64,000 bases of DNA from Octopus sinensis (GCF_006345805.1 NC_043001.1:96596001-96660000); one strand, 5' to 3'. Shown: positions 37,979-54,369, counted from the first letter of the stretch. The notes: generated from the letters alone by a model not told the origin. Made by a program: numbers and translations.

Positions 37979-38161
37979 ATATAGGAAAAATAATACAAAA
38001 CAGATCACTTCGACTAATACCCTTCAAGGCTATGCTCCAGCATGGCCGCAGTCATAATGACTGAAACAAGTAAAGGAACAAAAGAATACGTACAAAATGA
38101 AGAACTGATGGAAGCGGAAATCATGTAAAATTCTCTTGTAATGCCATGTCTACATCCAGTT

Positions 38162-38243
38162 AGAATACACAAAAGATGGTTAACTGTTCGGATGCTGAAT
38201 TAAGAATACACAAAAGATGGTTAACTGTTCGGATGCTGAATTA
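38162..38243. repeat. Perfect 41-bp tandem duplication
   Basis: agaatacacaaaagatggttaactgttcggatgctgaatta x2. Confidence 0.95.
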
Positions 38244-38379
38244 ATCAAAAATGAAATAACTAAACAAGCAAACAAATCAGCTCAACTCACTTAAATTTCA
38301 TCTATTTTATTCCCCTTAATGTTATTAGAAAAGGCATTAACTGTCATAATTCCATTTTCATTTCAGATTATTTTGGAAA

Positions 38380-38800
38380 TATGATGACGACTATTCTATT
38401 CATACGTGTCTTTCCTCCCGCACCTACCGCCATATTCCTCACACCACTGCTAGAACCACCGTTACAATCTATCCTCCTATTCCTCCTCCACTTCCTATTC
38501 CTCATCATTGCTATCATCATCAGAAGCAGCAGTAGTATCCTTGCAATACTATCACCACCACTTCCACCACCACCACCACCACCACCACCACCACCACCAC
38601 CACCACCATCACCATCGTCATGATCATCATCATTAGCATCATCATCATCACCATTATCCTCATAATCGTATACTTCATCATCAAATTCATCATATTCTTC
38701 GTCATCGAAAGCAGCAGCAACAATAACAACAACAACAGCAGCAGCAGCAGCATCAACATCGAGGAACACAATAGCAGTAATAATAGCAGAGACGTCTTTT
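38380..38800. repeat. Low-complexity (CAC)n/(ATC)n/(AAC)n/(AGC)n tract
   Basis: Direct reading. Confidence 0.85.
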
Positions 38801-39824
38801 TGTTGTTTTTCTACATTCTGCTGGTAATATTCAGAATACTAATTGCTTTAAATAGCCATTGTTGGTCGCAATTGATTTACGAAATAAAGAAATAAATTAA
38901 TAAAAACGTATATATATATATATATACATATGAAAAATAGAAGAATAAAAACAAATAAAAATAATATTCAAAGAATTGGCTTTGATCCATGAAGTTCTGC
39001 CGAAATGAGACTTTTTATTACATACTGTTCGTAGAGACATCTCCTGCATTTCTACCGTTAGATATTCCCAGGAGTTTGCATGATATTCTTCCAAACACGT
39101 ATAAAGCGACATAAATACGACAGAACACAAGTTTTGTGGCTTTTAGCTTTTCGTTATTGGTGCCTGTTCGCCTTGAAATAAATGGTAAGTTCAAATTATG
39201 CAAACAGATTGGGATATGAAATGGAGATATGGCTATACGAAGAAGAAAATGAAGATAGTAACGTTCGAAAATTAGAATAATATCTATAGCAATCTTATTC
39301 CTGTGGAGCCAGAATCTCTATCAAGCTGGACTGGAAGTTGTCTGTTTATTGTCTTTTGACTCGCCACTTTGGTAAGTTTGACTTTTTAGGAGAGAGACCT
39401 AACTCTGATTAATAATTGAAACAGATGGAATAAAAGATTTACAACAATTTCTTTCACGTATAAACGCGAACGCCATAGAGTCTCACAGGCATATGTACGT
39501 TCGCAGAAATAGTCGTGGCTTAGTCAAATATGTATGAGCGGTATAAATATGTATGTATCGAATATACGAATGTATGTATGACTATATCTATCTACATCAT
39601 CGGTCTATACAGCTATCTATCAATCTATTTAAGTGTCAGAGTATCATATCTATACCAGCATGCGTGTGTATGAGTGTGTATTTATGTGTGTGTGTATGTG
39701 TTTGCGTATGTACATACGTGTGTTTGCGTCTGAATGTACGAAAACAAACATTTAGCAATTTATTGCATTAAATTCACTAACAAGCTGGGAATTCTTATCA
39801 CACACTCACTCACACACACACATG

Positions 39825-39869
<45 letters not shown>

Positions 39870-40174
39870 TGAGAGAGAGAGAGAGAGATGAACACATATA
39901 TCAATATCAGTATATACAAACATACACATAGAGACACACACACACGCACACACATATATCTATGTATACACATTCAAAGATGCATATATTTGTGATGTAA
40001 TTACATATGAAGTGATGTAATTCTCTTCTAAAACACAAGGAAGTAATTAGAAACATTTTACAATTCATTGAATGAAAACTCATTCAGTTTTCATACAATT
40101 ATAAACTCCTTCTTGTGTACGCATATATATACATTTTCTATGCTTACACACATACATACACACGCGCACACACA

Positions 40175-40233
<59 letters not shown>

Positions 40234-40741
40234 CACGTATATGATTCATAATTCGTTAGTGAACTTCATCAAGGAGTTGTGCAATGTTTGTTTTAAATAT
40301 TTCATTGAGTTGGGAAGACAATTAAGTTAACTGGTATAATTGTATAGCAAATAAATGAGAAAAACCTGATGTAAAAAGTAATTTTTTTTTTCGGATAACA
40401 AAAAGCCTTCTGCTGCTGTTGTTGAAAACAACGTCAGAGCAAGAATACGCAGCCATTCGATATTTAAGATGAAATAACCATATTCAGTGCAGTTGTAACC
40501 TTACCGCTCTAAATTGTGTAGTTTTAGATTTTTTTTTAATGATGATGATGTTAACTGCAATGATTTTGATATCAGTTCTGATCAAAATGCGGTTCTTGCC
40601 TTGTTCTAGCTTTTGAATAATGCCATCTCCCTGACAATGATGCCAGCACACTGACAATCTCTTTGAACCGAGCGTCGGAGTATCACGGTGTTATCCCAAC
40701 TTTACAGCAGAGTGGACATGAAAAGAAGTGTTTTGCTGTAA

Positions 40742-40786
<45 letters not shown>

Positions 40787-41719
40787 TGTATGTATATGCA
40801 CACACACACACACACATACACACACACACATAACGGGTCTGTTTACGTTTTGATCTACGAAGTCCACTCACAAGGCTTTGATGTGCCCGGGATCTCTTTT
40901 CACTTTAGGTGTGTGGACGTTATCGGTTTATCAACGCACAACTGTTACGAGTTACACAATACTATTATTGTTATTTTGAACATCGTTTCTTCGTCAGTTG
41001 GGGGAAAACTCTACCAATCAACCGCTCCCATCCTACTGTAATATTGCTGTATTCACCGCTCTTCACCATCACAAGGGTGAGTAGTAATGTCAAACCCGTT
41101 GTGACGCGAACTTCGCACACAGAGAGCATGGAAATTTGTCTGTATAATCTAATTAATGTGAATTTATCAACTTGATAATGAATTAGAAACAAAATTAGGC
41201 CGTCTGGACCTCTATTATTCACTTCGTTACCCTCTCCCACTTCATGCAAAATAAAAAAAGAAAAAAAAATCAGAAGAAAGGAGGGCATAATTTGGTGAGA
41301 GTTATGTCCTCGTTTGCCAACAACAGTCAGCGATTTCAGCGATATTGCTGAGTTGTAAAGATGGCGTAAGTGTGTCGTTAAAGTAGATAAAATCACAGTC
41401 GTTCCAATCTTAATCAATATCATCAAATAGTATGTGTGTTATTCTCCCTGTGTGACTCCCACCTTCTCCAACTTATTCCCATCTTCTCCGACTTTGAATC
41501 TAACGAAATACTCGTCTCTTCATCTATATATTCAACTATTCAACTTTATACAACATATGTTAGACTTGATAACGTGTCTCTATTCTTTACATCTGTAAGC
41601 ACTTGAGGCTAAAGATTAATTTATCCAATATGGTAGAAATTGATCGAGAGAAACTCATTGGCCACTTGAATTCCTTGAAGTTATGTCAATAGCGTGCACT
41701 CATTATGTATCATTAGTCT

Positions 41720-42230
<511 letters not shown>

Positions 42231-42784
42231 TTTGTATGTCGATCGATCAATAGATCGCCTGTTCTGTCATCGATCAATCTTGTTATCACTTAGCTAGAGT
42301 GCCAGTTATAATATATTAATTATATGTACGAATTTATATGTATCAGGCAGCAAATAGGCAGAATTTTTAGAGCATAAGACAATATACATTGTGATGTGTG
42401 TTCCAGCGATGATTGCTTTCATTTCAGATATCGTTGATAGCAACTTTACTTTTCTCCTGTCCTGTGTTTCATAAAGTAGACAGAGTCTAGCACTTGATCC
42501 AGTTTTCACTCTTTCTTTCATACAAAATAAATTCTTAATCTCTTCAAATTACCGCTTTAAGGTACACTGATCGTATTTTATGAAAATAAGATTTTCTCGA
42601 GATCAAGAATTCACACACATACACACATATGCACACACACACAAACAAAAATATACGCGCGCACATGCACACACTCATACACAAATATATGTTTATATAT
42701 GTATATGTTTATGTATGCACGTGTATATACGTATATCAACATATTTCTGCACAGGAATGTATATTGAAGCATATATATAGATTC

Positions 42785-43172
42785 TTTTACTCTTTTACTT
42801 GTTTCAGTCATTTGACTGTGGCCATGCTGGAGCACCACTTTTAGTCGAGCAAATCGACTCCAGGACTTATTCTTTGTAAGCCTAGTACTTATTCTACCGG
42901 TCATTTTTGCCGAACCGCTAAGTTACGGGGAGGTAAACACAACACCATCGGTTGTCAAGCGATGTTGGGGAGGCAAACACAAACACAGATACATATATAT
43001 ATATATACATATATACGACGGGTTTCTTTCAGTTTCCGTCTACCAAATCCACTCACAAGGATTTGGTCGGCCCGAGGCTATAGCAGAAGACACTTGCCCA
43101 AGGTGCCACGCAGTGAAAATGAACCCAGAGCCATGTGGTTGGTAAGCAAGCTACTTAACACACAGCCACTCC
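42785..43172 (-). mobile_element. Family B SINE (partial copy also at 43880-44125)
   Basis: Homology to family B. Confidence 0.85.
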
Positions 43173-43174
43173 AG

Positions 43175-43235
<61 letters not shown>

Positions 43236-43544
43236 ATATATGCACCAACATACCCCCACCCACACATATATCTTTGCAGTTTATACCTGCTTATGTATGT
43301 ATGGCATTATTGAGTATATTTCAAGATTTCTTGGTAGTAGAGAAAGAAGCGGTTTCTAACCTAGATCCAAGGCTCCTTCATTGGAATTTAAACATCAACA
43401 ACAGAGTAATTTTGTTTGTATGTACGTATGTATGTTTGTAAGTATCTATATATATATATGCAGACACACGTGTATAAACATACGTATGCACACATGCATA
43501 CACATATTTACACACACTCTCTTTCTCAGGCCTCTATATATATA

Positions 43545-43615
<71 letters not shown>

Positions 43616-43700
43616 ATATATATCTATATATATATATATTATATATATAGAGAGAGATATATATAGATAGATAGATATCACACACACATATATATATATG

Positions 43701-43751
<51 letters not shown>

Positions 43752-44958
43752 ATGTGCGTGTGTACATATTTCGTTTATACTTTATGTGCTTAAGTAATTG
43801 GACACAGTGCATGGTGGGTCACCGCCCCTAAGATTTTAGGCGGACAAATTTACGTCAATGCTCATTACTGAAGCCTGGTTCTATCAGTTTTTATGTAGAA
43901 TAGTTACGTTACAGGCTCGTAAACAAACCAACACTGGTGTTAGTGCTATGGAAGGTGACCAAACACAACACAAAATATATACATAAGCATACACACACTC
44001 AGACTCACATATATACGATGGGCTTCTTTGAGTTTCGTCTACGAAATCCAATCGCAAGGGTTTGACCGGCCCGCTGCTATTGTAGAAGACACTTACCCAA
44101 GATTGCACGCGGTGGGACTGACTGGACGCAAGGTCACCTCTTTGTTCAGTAACCGCCCTCCCTTGTCTAGCTTTGTGATAATACCACTGAAGTCTCAAAT
44201 GACAGACATGTTAATGTAATAGGATGCACTATATTACTTGTTACTATTGGCCCTCAAAACGCTTTAAAATGATGTAGTACATGAAGCTCAAACCTAATGC
44301 TTAGTAGATACCCTTCAATAGGCAACAGTGACGACTTCGTTGAGATTTAAGCTTAAGCAGTAAAATATATTATCGACCAATTCTACTACTCACCGTTTAA
44401 GAGAGATTCTGCTATTCACTGCTCTTGTACTGTTTGATAATATTGATTAGAATATGAATTTATGTGACTGCCTTTCATCGATCTACTTCTTTGCTATACA
44501 AGCCAACGTGTGGGCATCTCTCTATAGTGTTTCGATGCGATTTCATGTCATACTCAAACAAATGAGGAAACGAGACATAGGATAACTTCTTTTTCAACGT
44601 ATTTTTAAAAGGCGGCGTTGTTATAGTTAGAACTTCTGGATTATATGATCTGATCAAACTACAATGTATTTAGGGCTCAAGAAAAACAATGACTTCTCAA
44701 GCACATTTATATCATTAGAAATTATGGCAGATTCAGCAATAGACAATATCTATAAGACGTATATCCACCAATAGCATCACCACTTACACATCCGTTAATG
44801 CTGATTGCATATCCGAAACAGAAATAACGTAGTAAAATCGAGACCATCGTATGATCTCTGTATCAGTATCATATTTAAAGAAGTTTAGATCTAATCCTAT
44901 TCATATTATTAATTATATAATCAATATCTTGTAATATAACATGACAAACAAAAGACAC

Positions 44959-44996
<38 letters not shown>

Positions 44997-45100
44997 TCGG
45001 TAGACCAGGGCAGAATTTGAACTCAGAACGCAGAAACGGACGAAACGTCATTAAGCATTTTGCCTGATGTGCTAACGATTCTACCAGGTCATATATATAT

Positions 45101-45385
45101 GGAGGCGCAATGGCCTAGTGGTTAGGGCAGCGGACTCGCGGTTGTAGGATCGCAGTTTCGATTCCCAGACCGGGCGTTGTGTGTGTTTATTGAGCGAAAA
45201 CACCTAAAAGCTCCACGAGGCTCCAGCAGGGGGTGGTGATCCCTGCTGTACTCTTTCACCACTCTTTCTTCTGTTGGCCTGCTCGCTTAGCCAGTGAGTT
45301 GGCGTCATTCGAAGGCTAAAACAATGCGAACGCATTGTGACCAGCGATGTGTAGCAACGTCTGATGGTCTGGTCGGTCACGTGAT

Positions 45386-45392
<7 letters not shown>
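45101..45392 (+). mobile_element. Family C tRNA SINE with alternative tail, in (TA)n
   Basis: ggaggcgcaatggcctagtggttagggcagcggactcgcgg head; ends in tcacgtgatcacgtga. Confidence 0.85.
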
Positions 45393-45454
<62 letters not shown>

Positions 45455-46189
45455 TGACCAAACACGCATTTATGCATACTTTATAAATATATGTATAATA
45501 TATTGAGAGCGGAAGAAGCAAAGAGGGTAGGACTGTGAGAGAAACAGGAATTTTGTAAATATGATTAGAGAAAAAGGTTAATAGTTTTGTTTTATTTCCT
45601 TCCTTTCCCTATAAACATCAGAATTTATGAGGAAAAATAAAGAGAAATGTTGACTATGCCTGTTGCTACCCAGACTTTAGCTATATCTTTTATAATACAT
45701 CAACAATATCAGAAAGCTATCCTTGTGAATTTAACATACCGATTTGTCAAGAGTTATGTGCCCTTCTCCGAATACGGCGCATTGAGCGATATGTGGTCGT
45801 ACAGCATCTGATAGAGTCTGAGATTTGGATAGTGACGTATAAAGCCTGAACGTCACCTAATCTCTTTTATATTTCTGTAAATATTTCAAACTTTCTTTCA
45901 AAATATCTTTTACTGTTAATGTATTAAGCTGCTTCAAATTTTGCGTTTCCTTCATATTCAGGCATGTGATATATCGTTGAAGCAAACTTATTACTATTAT
46001 GTGTTTGAGTAAGTCATGAATATCATACAGATTTATATGAAAATATAAATTTGAAGTCGACTAAAAGCATCCACACACACACACACACACAAACACACGC
46101 ACAAACACCCACACACCCACAAAGAAACAAATATACGTTGAGTTTATTTTTTCATTAGAAAAATCCATATATTATTTTCGCTTCAGACA

Positions 46190-46274
<85 letters not shown>

Positions 46275-46739
46275 CATACGTATATATATACATACATATA
46301 TTATATATATACATATATACATATATATATATACATATATACATACATATATATATATATAATACATATATACATATATATATATACATATACATATATA
46401 CATACATATATATACATATATGCATACATATATATACATACATATATACATACATACATATATATATATACATATATACATACGTATATACATATATATA
46501 CATACATATATATATATACATACATATATACATTAATATACATATACATATACATACGTATATACATATATATATACATATATACATATATATGTACATA
46601 TATATATACATATATACATACATTTATACATATATACATACATACATATATATATATATATTATATATATATATACATACACACATACATTTATACATAT
46701 ACATACATATATACATACATATATATATATATATAATAT

Positions 46740-46775
<36 letters not shown>

Positions 46776-46790
46776 CATACACACATATAA
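46190..46790. repeat. (TA)n/(CATA)n microsatellite; similar tract at 54990-55420
   Basis: Direct reading. Confidence 0.95.
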
Positions 46791-47708
46791 ACAATTGAAT
46801 AAATATGCATATATATTAAAGAAATGTTAAAGCAGTTCTTTATCTTATTTGGATTATATATATATGTGTGTATGTGTGTCTGTGTGTGTATAAGAGAGTG
46901 GGAGAGAGATAGAGAGGGAGGGGAGAGGAGAAGGAGGATAGAGGGGAAAAATTGCTACTTGGGCAGATAGATGCAATAGGATACTTCGTGGGAGTCGGAA
47001 AAAATAATGATATTTATTTATACAACATCAAATATAAAACATTGAATATTTGAAAATTTTATTTTATTTTACAAATGTGAATTTTAGTTGCTTTGGGAAG
47101 GAAAAATATGAATACTCTTCGAAAGTATTCTATAAAACCCGGCGGTGAGAATTTGCAAACATATAAGACCGTGGAATAATAAAATGTAAAGGAATAATTA
47201 TTATGAATAAAATATAAAAATTCTACATATAAGACCAAAAAAATGCTATAATTCATTTATGCATAGTTTCCCGTTTTGTTAAAATTTTTTATTTATCTCG
47301 ACCTGACTTCTCTGTTTTACTTTTTATTTTCATTTCGCTCTTAATTTTATTAATACATATTATCTAACAGTGCCAAACACGATAAAGTACGCTGCCATCT
47401 ATAATTATCTATGGCGTCTTTTATACTCTAGAAACACTCATATACATATACGCCAACATGCACAAATGTGTACCTGTCCACATAGCTACATACTAGATGT
47501 ATGTGTCTATATATTTGCGTGCCCCTCTTTGTGTGTGTGTGTTATAGAACTAACACTCTATCTTAAACATAGCCTTTTGGTTGCAAAGAAGATTTTGTTT
47601 TATAGAGGGATTATAAATTAAATATTTTTGCAAGAAATTGGGGAAGGTACGTAACAAAATATATACGGCTGAGGGTTAAATGGTTTAGAAAGGTTTGCAA
47701 TAGATTCC

Positions 47709-48214
<506 letters not shown>

Positions 48215-48596
48215 TATGTTCTATACGCCTTCTGTGCAAATTCCTAGTCTGGGTAGCACGTTATGTCCTTGAGCAAGATGCTTCATTTATCATTCCACCA
48301 GATCACTCAGCTGAAAATCAAAAGTATCCGAGTTCTGGTGCAGATCTATCACCGCCTCTCTCTCTGTCACTGACGCTCTCTCCCTCTCTTTATCTCCCGC
48401 TGCCATATACTTGGTATAATTGATATTTCGCTCTACCAAGTAAAGAAGGCCCAGGCTTTACCCATGCCTATGCTGGAACACGTAGGTACGAACATAATTA
48501 TCGCTAACATGGTACAGAATGCACGCAATAATATCATGCCCGCTTACAAGTGACGGCTAACGTTGGTTATGTTGTTTGTGTACATACTGATGCTAA

Positions 48597-48790
48597 AGCA
48601 GAGAGCTGGCAGAACCGTTATCACGCTGGACAAAATGCTTACCGGTATTTCGCTCGTCGCTACGATCTGAGTTCGACTTACATCACTTCGGGGTCGATAA
48701 ATTAAGTACTACTGAAGTACTAGTGTCGATGTGATTGACTATCTTCCTCCCCACAAATTCCATGCCTTGTGCCTAGTGTAGAAAGGATAT
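48597..48790 (+). mobile_element. Family A SINE (tail-2 type)
   Basis: gagctggcagaaccgtt head; ggggtcgataaattaagtac core. Confidence 0.75.
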
Positions 48791-50629
48791 TGATATTAGG
48801 AGTCGTCCACTTTTTAAAATAGTACTGTATGAAATTTGGCACAATTTTGAACATCAGGATCTAGAAATCTCACAATGTGAGATATTCAGCAACAGTACTG
48901 TTTGCCAACATAATATGGCAGACCTGGTTTAGCTCAAATGTCGCTGTGATTTAGCCCCATGGGACACAGTTTACAGCTGGCTTTCTCGCTATCAAACGAG
49001 AAATTGTAAATCTTCCTTTTTTTTCAAAAGGTTTAAGGACTAGAATATATCGAAACATATTCTATCTAAGAAAAAATTAAAGTTACAGACTTCAATTTGG
49101 AATTAAATTGTTATAGTAGGTAATATTTAATTTACTTATAAAGACATAGCAAGGAATTGCCACAAACGGAGCTTTATCGACGTAAATTACCAGTGTTTAG
49201 TTTTGTACTTGTAAGTTCTTGGCGCCCATCACAACACCTTTGGCACTTTTTTAAAAAAATTTCTGCAAAGGGGAAATACACATAGGAACGAAAGAGCTTA
49301 ACTCAGTCGAACATTTATGTTTCTTCTAGAAGCTTGTAAAAAGTAAGTTATTCAAGTGATAATAGAAATAACTGGCGGTAGATTATGTTAGACATATAGC
49401 ATGAACTCAGAGTGGGAGAGTGGGAGAGAGAGAAAGAGAGAGAGAGAGAGAGGGGTGATAACTGAGAGGATAGTAGTCTCTATATTGTTGTATTCTCAGG
49501 TTTTGTCTCTTAAATCTATAACTAAAACAGTCGACATATCTGTAAATAAAAATCTTAGCCAAAAAGACCTCCCACAAAAAAAATCTCAACCGTCCAAAGT
49601 AGTGGCTGTTCTGTTGGTTAAGTGAGATATATGTTACCTTGAGTTCCGGTCCAGATGATCGCTGTTAGAAGAAAAACAATATGGAGCCAACAAGTTTCCT
49701 ATCGATGGAGCAAATCAATAGCTATAACATTAATACAATTTTAAAACGATTTTAGGAAATCGTCATGATGTATGTAGGATCTAATCAGGGATTAGAAATT
49801 GTATTTTCCCATCTGATTCGTTCAGAGTTGTTTCTTTACTCAACGAAACTATTATATTTCTTTATATTTTAGTAAATTCAATGACTTTGATTAACTGCTG
49901 AAGAAAAATATAAGCGAAATAGAATGTTATTATGATCATAACTTTTTCCATTAAATGCGTGAAGTCAATGTGCGGCATATTACATTGGTAGATTACATTC
50001 GGAAAATAAAATATTGTAGATTAGGTTCGGGTAGAATTTTAACACTTAATCTATGACACTCAGCACTACTTTACAATAAAATATATTTAAGTGTTAATAT
50101 TTCTAAATGATTTGATATTTTTCACAAGTTAAATAAGATTGATACACATTTTAAGTAGCTTAAGTGATTACGTAGTTTCATTGTGAACTGAAAAATTACA
50201 TTATCTTATTTTTGTAAATGGGGGCTTCGTTGATTGATAGTTAAATTATATAATGCGATTGGTGAATGCTCCCCGCTGACGATTAATTAGAATTAAGCAA
50301 TTTCATTCTGTCTGCAGTAAAATGCAATTTCTAAAAACATAATTGTTTTAATTCATCAACAGCAGCAGAAGGAAAATGAATGCTCATAAATCTTTTCAGG
50401 GCCTTCTAGGTTCGATGATCTGACTAAATGAGTAAAGCAAAGTTCTCGGTTCGTAATGTCAAGGAGTATATTGAAGCATAAAGGGGCTTGTTCAAAGATA
50501 TATAGTTCTGGTTAGAAATGATTGAGCATAGCCCAGTCGGTAGGCATCTGCTTTTTATGTGATACGAGGGTCGCGACTTCATCAAGTTCCTCCGCTATAT
50601 TCTTCTTCTTCTTCCAATCAGGACTCACG

Positions 50630-51200
50630 CCACTACCCACAAAGAATAATCCCTAATTCTAGCCTACTCAATAAACACTCACAATGCCCGGACTGGGAAT
50701 CGAAACCGCGTTCTTGCGACCGCGAGTCCGCTGCCGTAACCACTGGGCCATTGCGTCTCCACACTCTGCTGTTGTAAGACCCAATTTATTGGCGCAGGTG
50801 TGGGTGTGTGGTTAGAAGTTTGCTTGCCAAACATATTGTTCCAAGTTCACTTCCACTAAGTGGCACTTTAGGTAGGTGTCGTTTCTGTAGTGTCGCGCCA
50901 ACCAAAGCCTTCTGAATGGATTTGGTAGAAACTGAAAGAATCCCGTCCTATATATGTATATATGTAAGTGCGTGTGTATGTATGTGTGAATGCGTGTGTG
51001 TTTGTGTGTGTGCATGTATGAGTGTTTGTCTCCCCATTGCTGGAAAACCCGCCTTAGTGTATTTACATCAACGTAACCTAGCGGTTTGGCAAAACAGATC
51101 AATAAAATAAATACGAAGTTTTAAAAAATTAAGTACTTGAGCCGATTTATTTGATTAAATTTATCAATGTGCTGCCCCAACATGGCCACAGTCTAATGAC
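50630..51200. mobile_element. Family C head (50630-50765, minus) and family B SINE (50790-51200, plus)
   Basis: Homology to families C and B. Confidence 0.7.
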
Positions 51201-51207
51201 AAAAATA

Positions 51208-51608
51208 TTCTTTTCTACTCTAGGTACATGGCCCGAAATTTTGTCGGAGGGAACCAATCGATTAGACCGACTCCAGTACGCAACTGGTACATAATTTATC
51301 GACCTCGAAAGGATGAATGGCAAAGTCAACCTCGGCGGAAATTGAACTCAGAAGGTTAAGACAGACGAAATACCTATTTTTGTACTACCCACAAAGGGCC
51401 ACATACAGAGGGGACAAACAAGGACAGGCAAACGGATTAAGTCGATTATATCGTCCCCAGTGCGTAACTGGTACGTATTTAATCGACCCTGAAAGGATGA
51501 AAGGCAAAGTCGACCTCGGCGGAATTTGAACTCAGCACATAACGGCAGACGAAATACGGCTACGCATTTCGCCCGGCGTGCTAACGTTTCAGCCTGCTCG
51601 CCGCCTTA
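51208..51608 (-). mobile_element. Dimeric family A SINE inserted in tail of family B SINE
   Basis: Same junction as 15189-15588; tgacaaaaa..ta on both flanks. Confidence 0.85.
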
Positions 51609-52204
51609 CTGACAAAAAAATAGTACAAGATAAAAGATAAAATAAAATTAGTTAGCTTAGGGTCTAAGAGACATGATTCATTAAAGTGCTGTTAGGACAC
51701 TAGACAACAGACGCTGTTAGTTATTAAAAATGTATGAATGAGAGTAACATATTTTCGAGCCGATAAGCAGAAAAAGAATCTAATTTAGCTTGAAAGAGTG
51801 TTGTTGAGTGACGAGTTTAGTATCAACATAAATGCTGCTTTTTGGAGAAAACTCTAAATGTTTGGAGCAGGTGCATTGTTTTATACGATGACAGCAGCCA
51901 TTTAGAATATTCTAGCAATCGTTAGAATTAAACTTTATATGATGATAGCTTGAATAGAATTCTTTGTTTACGGATAAAAAATGATTCTGTGAAGTTTTGT
52001 TTTTTCCGTAATCTCGAATATCATAAGTATTTAGTAAATTCGGAGTCAGATACATGTTCTAAATGTACAGTAGCTTAGAGTATCTACGTTTCTGCAAGGT
52101 TTTCAGATGAAACTGATGATATAGTGAAAGGTGAGAGTTCGAAGCGTATCTGTGTGTGGAGGTAGAAAAAGTCATGTAGAGTGGTATAATCATCATTAAA
52201 ATCG

Positions 52205-52265
<61 letters not shown>

Positions 52266-52334
52266 ATATATATATATATTATATATATATATATATACAC
52301 ATATCAGGCATCGATACTAATAATCTGGTAATAG

Positions 52335-52482
<148 letters not shown>

Positions 52483-52596
52483 ATAATGTGTATATATATC
52501 AAAGGCGTGTAAAATTCCCCAGATCCATGGACAAGTTCTCTCCAGCGGTCTTTGTCTCTCATCATCGATGCTATGTATATATACATACACATACAT

Positions 52597-52635
<39 letters not shown>

Positions 52636-52689
52636 ACACACACACACAAACACACATGCATGCACATATATATAGTTGAAATTTATAGA

Positions 52690-52870
52690 GAAACAAAAGA
52701 AGACAAGTGTATAAAGAAGCATCTGTTATAGTTTGTCATGTGAGAAAAAGAAAATGTCTTTTACGTTTCGAACCTACGCCATTCAACAGAAAGGAATAAG
52801 AGAAAATAAACAGAGAGAGAATAAGAAAAAAAACTTGTAGAATACAGCGGTCCAACATGGCGAAGAATAT
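52690..52870 (-). mobile_element. Penelope-tail-like element with degenerate hammerhead-like motif (52758-52793)
   Basis: cttt CUGUUGA A UGGC-guag-GUUC GAA ACGU A aaag; homologous to 24400-24600. Confidence 0.5.
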
Positions 52871-52919
52871 GTAATGGCGATGAAGGCACATTATACACAC
52901 ACACACCCATATATATATA

Positions 52920-52968
<49 letters not shown>

Positions 52969-53169
52969 ATGTGCCGTCATGCCATTACATATTTCATAGA
53001 TCATATTTTTAATTTTGCGCATGAGTATTGTTTGTTTTTGACTGTTTCGACTACACAGCATAGTAGGATCAGTTGGGCACCTTCTGTGAGAAGACCAGCA
53101 CCATGACGCAATTCACTGTGCCAGAAATCTTGAAACGACATGCTGTACTGCTTGGCATTCACTGTGACT

Positions 53170-53542
53170 CTCCGTCGGTAACGACAACGAGGGCTGTAAT
53201 TGAACCGATCACTGGAACAGCCTGCTCGTGAAATTAACATGCAAGTGGCAGAGTACTCCACAGACCCGTGTACCCTTAACGTAGTTCTTGGGGAGATTCA
53301 ACGTTACACAGAGAGTGACAAGGCTGGCCCTTTGAAATATAGAACCAACAGAAACAGGAAGAAAGAGTGAGAGAAAGTTGAGTTGAAAGAGTACAGCAGG
53401 GTTCGCCCCTGCCCTCTGCCGGAGCCTCGTAGAGCTTTTAGGTGTTTCGCTCACTAAACACTCACAACGACCGGTCTGGAAATCGAAACCACGATCCTAC
53501 AACCACGAGTTCGCTGCCCTAACCACTAGGCCATTGCGCCTC

Positions 53543-53574
<32 letters not shown>

Positions 53575-53965
53575 TGTTTGAAGAAAATACTATTCGAGGA
53601 TAAAACGTAACAACTAATGACAAGGGAACAAGAAATACCATTTCTGGTATTGCGGAGGCATATAGCCTAGTGGTTAGAGCAACAAACTTGCGGTTGAAGG
53701 TTCGCGGGTTCGAATCTTAGATCGGTCGAAGTTTGTTTATGAGCGAAACATCTACGCGCCACGCAGCTCCGGCAGAAGGTAATGGCGAACCTCTCATGAT
53801 TCTTTCGTTACAACTTTCTCTCACTCTTTCCTCCTTCATCTAGTAACTCACCTGTGACGGACCGGCGTCCCGTCCAGGTGGGGGAACATATACGCCAATG
53901 AAACCGAGAGACCAGCCCTTATGAGCAAGGCATGGCTCGGGAATGGACAAACAAGAACAACATCT
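53170..53965. mobile_element. Family C SINE (53170-53544, minus) and family D SINE (53652-53965, plus)
   Basis: Homology to 1703-2050 and 9736-10055. Confidence 0.8.
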
Positions 53966-54263
53966 CTGGTATTAGATGGAATGCGCTCTATTTGAGCGCT
54001 TGCGTATCATCTTATAACCTCAGATTGTCTGTTTGTTTGTCTGTCTTAATATTTCGATTATATATATCGATATTAATAATCTGGTGTTAGAACTCAATAT
54101 AAATATGCTTCAGGAAAAAAAAAAGGGCGAGTCCAAGACATAAAATTTTAAATAAATAAAAAGGAACGAGAAATTATGTCAGGGGCATCATTAGCTAACA
54201 GCTGTTTCTGTAATAAGTTGCAATGAACTCATAACTGAATGCTTGTATAACACTTTGTTGCTT

Positions 54264-54369
<106 letters not shown>

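Noticed and set aside
38162-38243. Short direct repeats as a possible CRISPR-like array
   Set aside because: Two adjacent copies with no spacers in eukaryotic DNA; a simple tandem duplication.
39290-39377. Possible 82-nt exon with gtaagt donor
   Set aside because: Weak acceptor, no recognisable peptide and no supporting neighbour exon.
45101-45175. tRNA-like cloverleaf heads (also 1703, 5187, 9736, 26402, 53652)
   Set aside because: Each continues into a SINE body and lacks intact acceptor/anticodon stems and a terminator; they are SINE heads, not tRNA genes.
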